NCBI GenBank assembly: GCA_965116015.1
Contig: OZ220477.1
Coordinates: 985,076-1,049,075, forward strand
Length of the DNA stretch: 64,000 nt
Direction: 5' to 3'
Origin: Dehalococcoidia bacterium
GTDB lineage: Bacteria; Chloroflexota; Dehalococcoidia; Lucifugimonadales; Australimonadaceae
Position numbers and translations under genes: made by a program. A model generated the notes under the pieces. The model had not been told where the DNA came from and searched no databases. It saw only the letters and a list, made by a program, of their open reading frames with translations. This document shows positions 29,801 through 39,088 of the stretch, piece after piece. The number at the start of each line of letters is the position of its first letter. The first letter of the stretch is position 1.

Positions 29801-30047
29801 CGATGGGCGTCCGCAGGATCGCGGGTACTCGCGGGAGGGAGTGGAGAAGGAGTACGCGGTGCAGGATACGCGTATGGCGCTTATGGAAGCGCGGCAGTAC
29901 GACATTACTCCTTTCTGTCTCACCGTGGACCGGAACGGGCACGACTACCTGCGCACGATGACGGGCGATCTGAATTATGAGGTTCTGCCCGACATTCTTG
30001 AGCTTCCGCGGCGGCTGCCGCAGCTCTACAAGAAGATCACGCTGTAA
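26853..30047 (+). CDS. CbbO/NorD-like VWA-domain protein with long N-terminal extension
   Basis: YDEWDFR..DYRP.WC.V.E, FLLDMSAST (MIDAS), TRMGPAIRHA, ISDGRPQD. Confidence 0.9.
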   Translation: MTDEHDAIIAELGKHPSALLSAYEQAADSVAGVVGPAPALRWAQEGVRIAQQGPRAWEAATEYFKASPEVVNVIGFTQLERWVESGIELTADAPVIAASFFRASPRVLPTLAPRHIAGWASLGRKLSRGTWKSSSLAARFFDVSDDLVQQVSFHEMQLFVALVQTLANRSYDLAAEALVLGQRVLPSVSEREELISLATALAETSWREVRGSFEAASRVTSSLDRRLRPRYFALAERLARQGLGNVSGFMVESAQALARIPQEQQAAVLERAEDLAGASAEAVSAFLRTAPQVLERISPAQLDTWFQRGVEHLRENVDGGVAYFKLESARAEALIDQLSSSIELEKVQGLLHMYANALAGTDVELHAADDITHRNIGWVHVELATTDGKSVFLPKTVDLRETKRENFAWLKVVATHQVGHLEFESFKFDFHSESSSFADYRQGLAEGLGAKPGSTEIASFFDIFPTRAMAADLFSIVEDARIDHQLTAQYRGIAPDYAQVQGEALANRGPIELMPAQQALIEMLIRISLGEESNVRAPSKFVRQAEQLAGLLKAVRSRDANVQDSAEAALRMYYALSQVPNEIVPLDDWESVDLSRAQFEEPELQEIIDQLRAEAEQSEEEASGDDYESPEDVEYRGDFKPEMVQLLAQMRGQPEPGDDEGAEGAQGISQAELEQALRDSTEVDLGDDAEVTTVAANMMKEMGADAPQNPAGSGYNQIPHVDEDGGPLEAREPRSYVYDEWDFRANDYRPRWCVVQERVAVAGEPEFYSETLHAYAGLVDQIKRQFESVRPEMYRKMKRLPEGEDIDIDAGIEALIDLRNKMTPDERIYWRRNKDERDVGVVFLLDMSASTAEAVEESSRDADWSAPGDPVAYTAWLRARRGEAGRRPYKRIIDVEKESMALLMNALETIGDRYGVYGFSGFGRENVEFYVIKEVEERLTDRVKRRLDKVAPLHATRMGPAIRHATTKLAHIDAKTKFMFVISDGRPQDRGYSREGVEKEYAVQDTRMALMEARQYDITPFCLTVDRNGHDYLRTMTGDLNYEVLPDILELPRRLPQLYKKITL

Positions 30048-30093
30048 GGGTCGCTAAGGGTCCCGAGGGGCGCAGGCGGGCTCCCGGTTGGGG

Positions 30094-33000
30094 CTAGCGG
30101 CGGTCTTGGCGGGGGGCGGAGCGTTCGCGGACGGTGATTGCGCCGTCGTTGCCGAGCGATTCGTGGAAGGCTACGCGGGTGCGCTTGCCGCCATGAATCT
30201 GGGGTTCGCGAGCGAGTTTCTCACGCAGTAGTTCGAGGGGGCCGCCCGGTTCGCAGAGCTCCGGCGGCAAGCCGAGCACGTCGACGAGGAGGCGGCGGTC
30301 TAGCTCTGCGCGCGATGGGTCTTCGTCGATTTGGTCGAAGGGGAGGAAGCGGAGTTCGGCCATCGCTTCGAATGCGGCTTTTGCAGCGGCGTGCTGCTCG
30401 GCAGTGAGGGTTCGCGTGTCGAGGGCGGGGATGTTGGGGATTCCGGTGACTGTGATGCTTCCCCTACCCGACTGGGTTTTGTTCGCCGCCCACCAGTGCA
30501 TCAGGAGTCCCAGGGTGGAGTTGCACCAGAGGGCGAACGCGTACTCGTGATCAGGATCGTCGAAGATGATCGATGGCCACGCTCTGCCTCCGAGACATCG
30601 GCGCTCGGTCATCGCGACGATAAGGGACTGCGAGTTGAACCGCAGGTCGGCGTTGTAGTGGGCTCGGGTGGCGGTGTCCCATATTTTGGAGACGGCCTCG
30701 CTGTCGACGGGGAGTCCGTCGGAATCCGGTTCGACGGTCAGGCGGCGCTCGCGTTTGTTGTCGTGCGCCCAGAGGACGGGATAGGTGGGGGCGGGAGATT
30801 GGAGCGGGCGTACCCGGAAAGCTCCTCGCGGCGTGTTCGTAGGGCTACCGATCAGGCGATGGACGGGGCCTGTCCTAGCGATTGCGGAGATGGGGACGAT
30901 GGGGAGGTGAATATGGGTAGTTCCGAGGCGGGCGAAGTGGGTTAGCTGTCCGCGAGCGAGGTTGAATGCGGCCTGCGCCAGAGCGCAGTCGGCGATGCCG
31001 ACGAATTGCCAGGGGCCGTCGGGTGGGAGCGGCGCAGAAACGACCGCCTACGGTGCGGTCGTTTCTGCGCCGCTCCCGATTTTTATGGGCTGGAATTCCC
31101 CATCTTCGATGGCGCCGACTGCGCCGTCGGCGCGCATCCGCGTGATTTCGGCTGCGAGGAGTTCAGCTTCTTGGGTGGAGCGCGTCTGCCGGTTGAGTAT
31201 GGCGAATGTGGCGCGATGCTGCGGCAGGTCAGGGTCTCGGCGGGCGATGAGGAGGCACTCGGCCATCCCTGTGTCGGCGGAGAACGAGGCTTCGTCGCTG
31301 CCGGCTCCTGCGATGGTGACGACGGTGATGTCTTCGTACTTTTCCCGCCAGGCGGCGCGGGCGTCGTTCCAGGAGATTCCGCTCATTGCGCTGAGGGGGA
31401 GCACGAGGGCGATCGTTCCGTCGTTGCGGGCTTTGCGGGAGGCGAGCTCGGCGAAGTGCGACGCCAATCCGGCGTAGTCGTTGGAGGGAGCGCCTCTCGT
31501 GAGCGTCTTGACACGCGCGGACATCGCCTCCTGCTCGCGGTGGGTCTTCTCGAAGGCGGCGTATGCGGGTATGGGGACGTCCGCGTGGCTTGCCTCGTGG
31601 TTGGTGGGGCGGGTGAAGGGCGGGTTCATTATCACGAGGTCGAACTCTCGGTGGCCTACCCGCGAGACGAGGTCGCTCACTTCTTCAGGTTCGCGGGCGC
31701 CCGACATCACTGCGGCGGCTTTATCAATCAGGGACGGCTGCACGTGCTCGGCGAGGAGGTCGAGCGAGCCGACTGCGACGGGGCCGCTAGGCTGATCGTC
31801 GAGGGGGACTGTCGAGGGGATGTCGCCGTAGGGCATCGTGAGGAGGCATTCGCCGTCGAAGGGGGTGGCTGGGCGGCTGCCTGCGAGCATTGCGGCGGTG
31901 AGGTGCACGGCCATCGGGAGGACGTCGAGGCCTACGAGTCCGTGCTTCATCATTGGGGCATGGAGGGCTTCGGCGTCGCCGCCGTGGAGTTCGTGGAGGA
32001 GGGACATTCGGTGGTAGGCGGCGGAGAGGAGGGTTCCTGTGCCGCAGGCGAAGTCGCCGATCTGGACGCCTGCGAGGGTGTCGGCGTCGGCCCAGTCTGA
32101 GCCGCCGGGCGGGCGGTGGGTGGGGAGGGCGAGGCCGGCGAGGAGGGCTGCGGCTTCGGGTCGGGTGTAGTAGGTGGCGAGGAATTTGCGGTCGGCGATG
32201 AGTTTCTGGAAGACGACGCCCATAAGGTCGTGGGAGCGGGTTACGCCTCCGGCGACGAGCTGCTGGGCGGTTCGCCAGAGCGCGCCGAGGATTGCGTGGG
32301 AGGTTTGGGCTGGCATCCGGGAGACGATCTCTTTGGCGGTCCAGAAGATGGGCCAGTAATTGACTTTGAGGATGCGCTCCCACTCGAGGCAGAGCTCGTC
32401 GGCGGTGAAGCGGCCGCCGGGGCGGAAAGCGCTCACGGAGCGGATGCTGTGGCGAGGGGCGTCCTCGTCTGCGGGGGAGTTCTCGGGCGCGTTCGGGTCT
32501 TCCGGGACTTGGAAGCTGGCCTCGGCGAGCGATTCGTGGAAGACGAGGGCGTTCGCGACGACGGTCATCGCCATACGGCGCGTCTGGCCGTTGGGGTCGT
32601 CGGCCTGGCCGAGGGTTGTGGCGATCTTGGCGGCGAGTTCGGCGCCGTAGGGATGCCGGCGGGCGAGTTCGTTCGCCGCCAAGTCGACTCCCGCCTCGAA
32701 GCTGAAGGCGAGCGCCTCGATGCGGGGGGCGGGGAGCGTCGCCCGCTGCACGAGCATTGCGAGGTTGAGGACGCTTCCTTTGATCCAGCCGTCTTCGGGG
32801 AGGCGTTCGGGGGGTTGGTCGTTGGGGCGCCGGGTGTAGAGCGCGTATTCGAGGTCGCGGGAGCTGCGGATGCCGCTCCGGAGGGGCTGGCCGTCGAGCC
32901 AGGTTAGTTCGTCGGGGTAGACGAGGGCGATGGCGGTTTCGATGGGGCGTCCGTTCGTTTTCTTTCCGAGGCGGGATCTGGCGTCGGTCTCGGCGCTTGC

Positions 33001-33186
33001 GTAGTTGGCGCGCTCGGCTTCGATGACGACTGGCCATCCGCTGGCGTCTTCGATGATGATGTCGGCGCGTCCGCCGCCGTCGAGGGCGCCGAGTTCTTCG
33101 AATCTGACTGTCCAGCTGTTGCGGAGGTTTCCGAGCGTTTCGCCGAGGGCGGCGTTGATGGTTTGTTCGTGGGTGGGGCCGAGCAT
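30094..33186 (-). pseudogene. type IIG-like fused restriction-modification enzyme (~1030 aa) interrupted by one in-frame TAG at 31048-31050
   Basis: N-terminal nuclease-like RADIII...VVIEAE, YYTRP, DFACGTGTLL (motif I), VIMNPPF (motif IV). I translated 31047 to 30612 by hand; it is open and in frame with the 30094..30612 ORF. Confidence 0.82.
31025..31077. repeat. perfect 23-bp inverted repeat with 7-nt loop containing the premature stop
   Basis: GGGAGCGGCGCAGAAACGACCGC-CTACGGT-GCGGTCGTTTCTGCGCCGCTCCC. Confidence 0.97.
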
Positions 33187-33221
33187 AGCGGCGAGTTTAT
33201 CCGTGAGCTGGAGGGGGCGCT

Positions 33222-33291
33222 AGCAGGGCGTGTCGCGCGGCGCAAGTTGGGGCGGAGTCGGAGGGCGCCAGCAGGGCGTGTCGCGCGGCGC
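33222..33291. repeat. 22-bp direct repeat, two copies, intergenic
   Basis: AGCAGGGCGTGTCGCGCGGCGC at 33222 and 33270. Confidence 0.75.
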
Positions 33292-33349
33292 CGGTGGGCG
33301 GGGAGGCGGTGTCGTTGGGGCGGGTATTCGGTAGTATCATCTGCGAGCT

Positions 33350-34585
33350 ATGGATTTTGAGCTTGCGTGGACGCCGGAGCAGGAGGACTTCCGCAAGGAG
33401 GTTCGAGGGTGGCTTGAGGTCAACGCTCCGCGGATTCCGGATCATGCGGACCCGGCGAAGCTGACTCGCGCGGAGTACGAGCAGCAGCGGGAGTTCGGGC
33501 GCAGGCTTGGGGCGAAGGGGTGGCTGTATCCGGCGATGCCGTTGGAGTACGGGGGCGGGGGGATGTCGCTAGAGCTTGCGATGATCCTCGAGGAGGAGCT
33601 CGACGCGCACAATCTGCCGCTGCCTCCGTACTACGACACGGGAGGCAAGCTGGGGGCGATGGCGATTCTGGTGTGGGGGGACGAGGATCAGAAGCCGCAT
33701 TTCCTGCCGAGGATTCTCCGGGGAGAGGCGCGCACATGGCAGCTGCTGACGGAGCCGGAGTCGGGGTCGGATCTTGCGAGCGTGCGGACTACTGCGATGC
33801 GGGACGGGGACGATTATGTGGTGAACGGGACGAAGATCTTCGTGGGGAGCAATCACGGAGCGGAGTATTCGTGGACTATCGTTGTCACCGATCCGGAGGG
33901 GGAGCGTCACGCGAATCTTGGGTGGTTGATGATTCCGATGGATCTGCCGGGCATTACGGTGGAGCCGATGGATCTGCTGTTTGTGGGCGGGGAGCGCGGG
34001 GCGGCGAGCGGGGTGAAGAACACGGTGTTCTTCGACGATGTGCGCGTTCCGGCGTTCAATCTTGTCGGGGGCGAGAACAATGGGTGGAAGGTGGCGGGGA
34101 CGCATCTGGAGATCGAGCACGGGCTGCTGCGGAGCGCGGTGCGCGAGGATGCTCTGACGCGGCGGGTGTTCGAGCACGCCCGGGGGGCAATGCGCGAGGG
34201 GAAGCCGCTTACTGACGATCCGGATGTTCGGGACCGTTTGGTTGATTTCTATATCGATTCCGAGGTGACGCGGCTGCTGCACTTCCGCAACTATGCGTGG
34301 CGTGCGCAGGGGAAGCAGCTCACGTATGAGGCTCCGCAGGCGTATCTGTATCAGAAGCGCAGCCAGCTTTCGCGGGCGCGGGCTGTTCTGGATGTTATGG
34401 GCCTGGAGGCGCTGGTTGCGGATCCGGACGAGTGGGCGGTCGCGGAGGGGCATATCGAGACGCATCAGCGCGCCTCTATTGTGGATCAGCATCCGGGGGG
34501 GACGGCGGAGATTCAGCGGGTTATCATCGCGAGGCGGCTGGGGATCGGGCGGGAGGCTCGCGAGGAGCCGGGGAAGCTTCGCTAG
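33350..34585 (+). CDS. acyl-CoA dehydrogenase (alpha-type subunit)
   Basis: TEPESGSDLAS, YVVNGTKIF, VFFDDVRVP, GGENNGWKV, GGTAEIQR.IIA. Confidence 0.92.
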   Translation: MDFELAWTPEQEDFRKEVRGWLEVNAPRIPDHADPAKLTRAEYEQQREFGRRLGAKGWLYPAMPLEYGGGGMSLELAMILEEELDAHNLPLPPYYDTGGKLGAMAILVWGDEDQKPHFLPRILRGEARTWQLLTEPESGSDLASVRTTAMRDGDDYVVNGTKIFVGSNHGAEYSWTIVVTDPEGERHANLGWLMIPMDLPGITVEPMDLLFVGGERGAASGVKNTVFFDDVRVPAFNLVGGENNGWKVAGTHLEIEHGLLRSAVREDALTRRVFEHARGAMREGKPLTDDPDVRDRLVDFYIDSEVTRLLHFRNYAWRAQGKQLTYEAPQAYLYQKRSQLSRARAVLDVMGLEALVADPDEWAVAEGHIETHQRASIVDQHPGGTAEIQRVIIARRLGIGREAREEPGKLR

Positions 34586-34589
34586 GGGT

Positions 34590-35684
34590 ATGGATCTTCT
34601 CCTCAACGAGCAGCAGCGAATGCTGCAGGCGGCGGTGGAGGAGCTTCTGCGGCGCGACTTCCCGAAGGATGTTCTCGCGGCCATCGACGCGGGAGCTGCA
34701 AGCGCCAGGGATCGATGGGAGGCGATCGCTTCCACGGGTATTCTGGGAATACTCGTTCCGGAGGAGTACGGGGGAGCCGGAGGGTCGTTCTCGGACGCGG
34801 GAGTCGTGTTCGAGGAGCTGGGCAAGGGTCCGGCGCCGGGGCTGGCGTTTTCGTCGGGAGCGCTTGCGGCTCTCGTGATTCTGGAGGCCGGGAGCGCGGA
34901 GCAGAAGCGGGCGTGGCTGCCGGCGATCGCGGACGGGAGCGCGGCGTTCGCTGTCGCGGCGACAGCGTCGGGGGCGGGATGGGACTGCGAGCATGCGGAT
35001 TTCGAGGTCGAGGGCGGAAGGGCGCGGGGCGTGAGTTTGAGCGTTCTCGACGCTGCGGCGACGCATTTTCTGGTCGCGGCGCGGATGGCGGGAGGGGTCG
35101 GGCTTGTGGTCGTTCCCGCCGATGCGCGGGGGGCGAGCGCGCGGGCGGTCGCGGGAATGGGGGCGGGCCTGGGAGAGCTGAGGCTCGATGGCGCGGAGGT
35201 GGACGGCGCGGCGGTGATTCCGCCGGGCGAGGAGACGGACAGGGCTGTGGGGCGGGCGGCGCTGCGGGCGTCGGCGCTGCTTAGCGCGTATCAGGCGGGC
35301 GGGATCGACCGTGTGTTCGAGATGTGTTTGACGTATAGCCGGACGCGGCGGCAGTTCGAGCAGCCTATCGGTCGTTTTCAGCGGGTGCAGGATCACATTA
35401 TCGATATTGTGAATCACCGCGACGCGGCGCGCTGGGCGACGAACGAGGCTCTGTGGAGGCTCGATACGGGGAGGCCGCCGGAGGCGGGGGTTCATATGGC
35501 CGCGGCGCTGGCAAGCGAGGGCTACTATCTGGCGTGCAATTCGGCGCACGATGTTCACGCGGGCGTCGGAATCGTTCGGGAGTACGGGCTTACGCTCCAC
35601 ACCAAGATGTCGCGGACGCTGTACGGTTATCTTGGGAGCCCTCTCTATCACCGGCGTCGGATCGCCAGGGCGCTTGGTCTTTAG
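34590..35684 (+). CDS. acyl-CoA dehydrogenase (beta-type subunit)
   Basis: Start MDLLLNEQQ; VPEEYGGAG, RRQFEQPIGRFQ, HAGVG..REY.L. Confidence 0.9.
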   Translation: MDLLLNEQQRMLQAAVEELLRRDFPKDVLAAIDAGAASARDRWEAIASTGILGILVPEEYGGAGGSFSDAGVVFEELGKGPAPGLAFSSGALAALVILEAGSAEQKRAWLPAIADGSAAFAVAATASGAGWDCEHADFEVEGGRARGVSLSVLDAAATHFLVAARMAGGVGLVVVPADARGASARAVAGMGAGLGELRLDGAEVDGAAVIPPGEETDRAVGRAALRASALLSAYQAGGIDRVFEMCLTYSRTRRQFEQPIGRFQRVQDHIIDIVNHRDAARWATNEALWRLDTGRPPEAGVHMAAALASEGYYLACNSAHDVHAGVGIVREYGLTLHTKMSRTLYGYLGSPLYHRRRIARALGL

Positions 35685-35699
35685 CGGGGGAGCGCCGCT

Positions 35700-36926
35700 G
35701 TGCTTTCGCCCTACCGCGTTCTCGATCTGGCCGACGACCGGGGGATCTTCTGCGGGCGGGTTCTTGCGGATCTGGGAGCGGAGGTTCTCAAGATCGAGCC
35801 TCCCTCCGGCGATCCTGCGCGGCGCATCGGGCCCTTTTACGGCGACGATCCGGGAATCGAGAACAGCCTGTTCTGGCAGCTCTACGCGGCGAACAAGAAG
35901 AGCGCGGCAATCGATATCGGGACGCCCGCGGGGAGGGATGTTGTGCTCCGGCTCGCCGCCGGCGCGGATTTCCTGATCGAGTCGTTCAGGCCGGGGCATC
36001 TGGACGAGCTTGGGCTGGGCTACGACGCTGTCGCGGGGGTGAATCCCCGGCTCATCTACGTTTCCATTACGCCGTTCGGGCAAACGGGGCCCTACCGGGA
36101 TTTTCTGGCGACTGATCTTGTGGGGGCGGCTCTTAGCGGGTTCGCGTATCTGACTGGGGATCCGGACAGGCCGCCTCTGCGGGTGAGCGTTCCGCAGTTC
36201 TGGACGCTTGGGGGAGCGGCGGGGGCGGCCGGGGCGATGGTCGCGCATTCGCATCGCGTCCACACTGGGCGGGGGCAGCGGGTGGATGTTTCGTGCGCGC
36301 AGACGCTGACGCGGACGCTGTCGCACGCTCCGCAGTTCTGGGATATGAACGGGGTTGTGCTGGAGCGCGCGGGGCCGTTCCGGCCTATCGGAAGCGGGCG
36401 GATGTTGCGGGTTAATTTCGAGTGCGCGGACGGGTATGTGAATTACATTCAGCCTGGCGGGGCGACGGGCGGTCGCGCTATGGCGGCGATGAGCGCGTGG
36501 ATGGAGGAGGAGGGGGAGGGGAGCGCTCTTCTGAGCGGCACGGATTTCGGGGCGTACGGTTTCGGGCAGCTGCCGGACGCTGTGCTGGAGGAGATGAGCG
36601 TTGCGCTGGAGGCGTTCTTCAAGAGCCGCACGAAGCGGCGGCTTTCGGAGGAGGCGATCGCGCGGCGGGCTCTCCTTTTTCCGGTGAACGATCCGGCGGA
36701 TGTGCGCGCCTATCCGCAGCTTGCCGCCAGGGGTTTCTTTCGGGAGGTCGAGGGGCCGGACGGCGGGGCGCTCACGACCCTGGGGCCGTGGATCAGCGCG
36801 AGCGAGCGGCCTATCGCTATTCGTCGCGCGCCGCGTCTTGGGGAGCATACGGACGAGGCGCTCGCCGCCGCCGGGCTGGCTCCGGACGATGTCCGCGCTC
36901 TGCGCGAGGCAGGGGCGACGCTGTGA
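35700..36926 (+). CDS. CaiB/BaiF family III CoA-transferase subunit
   Basis: RVLDL, LADLGAEVLKIEPP.GDP.R, ANKKS, SITPFGQTGPY, APRLGEHT. Confidence 0.92.
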   Translation: MLSPYRVLDLADDRGIFCGRVLADLGAEVLKIEPPSGDPARRIGPFYGDDPGIENSLFWQLYAANKKSAAIDIGTPAGRDVVLRLAAGADFLIESFRPGHLDELGLGYDAVAGVNPRLIYVSITPFGQTGPYRDFLATDLVGAALSGFAYLTGDPDRPPLRVSVPQFWTLGGAAGAAGAMVAHSHRVHTGRGQRVDVSCAQTLTRTLSHAPQFWDMNGVVLERAGPFRPIGSGRMLRVNFECADGYVNYIQPGGATGGRAMAAMSAWMEEEGEGSALLSGTDFGAYGFGQLPDAVLEEMSVALEAFFKSRTKRRLSEEAIARRALLFPVNDPADVRAYPQLAARGFFREVEGPDGGALTTLGPWISASERPIAIRRAPRLGEHTDEALAAAGLAPDDVRALREAGATL

Positions 36927-38134
36927 GGGCGCCGTTCGAAGGTCTGCGGGCGCTCGATTTCTGCTGGGTCGTAATCGGGCCGATGACGACGCGCTACCTC
37001 AGCGACTTCGGGGCGACTGTGCTCCGCGTGGAGTCGGCGCTGCGTCCGGATGTTATTCGTCATGGTCTTCCGTTCGCGGAGGGGAAGGGCGGGGTGAACA
37101 GGAGCGGGTACTGGGCGAACTACAACAGCGGGAAGCTTGGGCTGGGGCTCAATATGGCGGACGAGCGGGCGCGTCGCATCGCGTTCCGGCTGGCGACTGA
37201 GTGGGCGGATGTTGTGACTGAGAATTTCACTCCGGGGACGATGGAGAGGTGGGGGCTTGGGTATGAGGCGATAAGCGAGCGGAATCCGGGGGTGGTTATG
37301 TTCAGCGCGTCGATGCTGGGCCGTGGGGGGCCGTACGACGCGCAGCCGGGGTTCGGTCCGGTGCTCACGGCGCTTTCGGGGCACACGCACTTCACAGGGT
37401 GGCCCGATCGGGCGCCGGCGAGTCCTTACGGGGCCTACACGGATTTTCTTATCCCGCACATAGCTGTTTCGGCGATCATCGCGGCGCTTGATCACAAGCG
37501 GCGGACGGGGCGCGGGCAGCGGCTCGATCTCTCGCAGCTGGAGGCGGCGCTCTACTTCGCGGGGACTCCTGTGCTCGACTATCTTGCGAACGGCCGGGTT
37601 TCGGGACGCGCCGGCAACGCCGATCCGGCGATGGCGCCTCATGCGATCTACGCCTGCGCGGGGGAGAATCGCTGGTGCGCTATCGCATGCGCGACCGACG
37701 AGCAGTGGCAGGCGCTGGCGAACCTTGCGGGGCGTCCGGATCTTGCGGGGGATCCCGGGCTGGCGCGCTTGCCGGGGCGCAAGGCTCGGGAGGCGGAGCT
37801 CGACGAGGCGATCGAGGCGTGGACGCGCAATCTTGCGCCGGACGAGGCGATGCGCCGGTGTCAGGCCGCCGGGATTCCCGCAGGGGCGGCGCTCGATTCG
37901 CGGGGGCTTTTCGGGGATCCGCAGTATGCGAGCCGGGGGCACTTCGTGTTTCTGGAGCATCCGGAGATGGGACGCTACGCATCGGACGCGAACAGTTTCC
38001 TGCTGTCGGAGGCCGCGGCCTCTTACCGGCGCGCTCCTCTGCTGGGGGAGCACACGGAGGGCATCCTGCGGGAGATTCTGGGGATGACCGCCGAGGAGAT
38101 TCGGGCTCTGGCCGAGGACGGGGCGCTCGATTAG
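36923..38134 (+). CDS. CaiB/BaiF family III CoA-transferase subunit
   Basis: GTGA overlap; FEGLRALDF.W..GP, ENFTPG.MERWGLGY, AYTD (catalytic Asp), APLLGEHT. Confidence 0.92.
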   Translation: MRAPFEGLRALDFCWVVIGPMTTRYLSDFGATVLRVESALRPDVIRHGLPFAEGKGGVNRSGYWANYNSGKLGLGLNMADERARRIAFRLATEWADVVTENFTPGTMERWGLGYEAISERNPGVVMFSASMLGRGGPYDAQPGFGPVLTALSGHTHFTGWPDRAPASPYGAYTDFLIPHIAVSAIIAALDHKRRTGRGQRLDLSQLEAALYFAGTPVLDYLANGRVSGRAGNADPAMAPHAIYACAGENRWCAIACATDEQWQALANLAGRPDLAGDPGLARLPGRKAREAELDEAIEAWTRNLAPDEAMRRCQAAGIPAGAALDSRGLFGDPQYASRGHFVFLEHPEMGRYASDANSFLLSEAAASYRRAPLLGEHTEGILREILGMTAEEIRALAEDGALD

Positions 38135-38183
38135 GGGGGGCGCGGCGCTTCTGTTCCGGGCGCATCCTGAGGGGAGTTGCGGG

Positions 38184-38603
38184 TTAGCGTCGGGCGGGTG
38201 TCTGCGCTTGGGGGCGCTTCCGGGCGATCCCAAGCAACAGGACAATCACGAGGGCGATCCAGGCGGGAATCGACAGCAGTGTTGTTCCGATGTAGATGAG
38301 CTCCGCGAGCCCGAAGGTGGCTACGATGAAGCTCAGGATTGAGAGTGCGACAAGCGGGGCGCCGACGATGTAGGCGACGAGAGGGGAGCGGCGGTGGAGC
38401 AGGGCGAGGGCGAGGCTCAGGGGGATGGAGGCTATCCAGGAGGCGACGAAGACGATGGAGAGCAGGCGATAGCCGTACTCGAAGTCGTCGCGGTCGAGGG
38501 GTCTGGTCCAGCCTACGGCGAAGTAGATGGTGAAGAGCGCGACGACGATGAGAGGGAGGCTGAGAGACAGGGCTAGCGCTTTGAGCAAGAAGGTAGAGGT
38601 CAT
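38184..38603 (-). CDS. hypothetical membrane protein (about 4 TM)
   Basis: Four hydrophobic segments; GGAG RBS. Confidence 0.7.
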   Translation of the reverse strand: MTSTFLLKALALSLSLPLIVVALFTIYFAVGWTRPLDRDDFEYGYRLLSIVFVASWIASIPLSLALALLHRRSPLVAYIVGAPLVALSILSFIVATFGLAELIYIGTTLLSIPAWIALVIVLLLGIARKRPQAQTPARR

Positions 38604-39088
38604 CGGTCGCGCTCCGCTGCTAAGTGTGGGGGCATTATCGGCATCGGCGCCGGCTGCGCGTCAAGGCGCGGGGGATCCGCTTTCGGCGGGATGATGGGCG
38701 GCGGTCAAGCGCGCGCTGTGGGCGGAGCGTCTGGGGGCTGGCGGTCGCTATGATGGGCGCCGACGGCAACCTCGTCGTCCGGCGGAGCGTGAGCGATGCC
38801 CGCGAGCCTGGCGGTGAAGGCGGCGGCGGTTGGGAAGTCGGGATTCGCCGCAGGGGCTGAAGGGGGGATCGGGCGCGGGCTGGTGTCGGATGCAAGCGCT
38901 ATGGCTATGACGCCGGGGGCGTGGGGAAATCGCGCGCAAGAACGGCAAGACGACATTTGCGGCGGCTACGATGCCGGGGGCGTGGAGGAATCGCCGGGGG
39001 GCTGACATCAGAGGATGTACGGCGGAGGCTTCCGGCGCGATAAGATTCGCTTACTGACGCGCTAGACGCGCAAAACAGGAGACATACG

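Noticed and set aside
25308-30047. Evidence for a Calvin cycle or denitrification
   Set aside because: Only the chaperone pair is present, with no rubisco or nor structural genes in the window.
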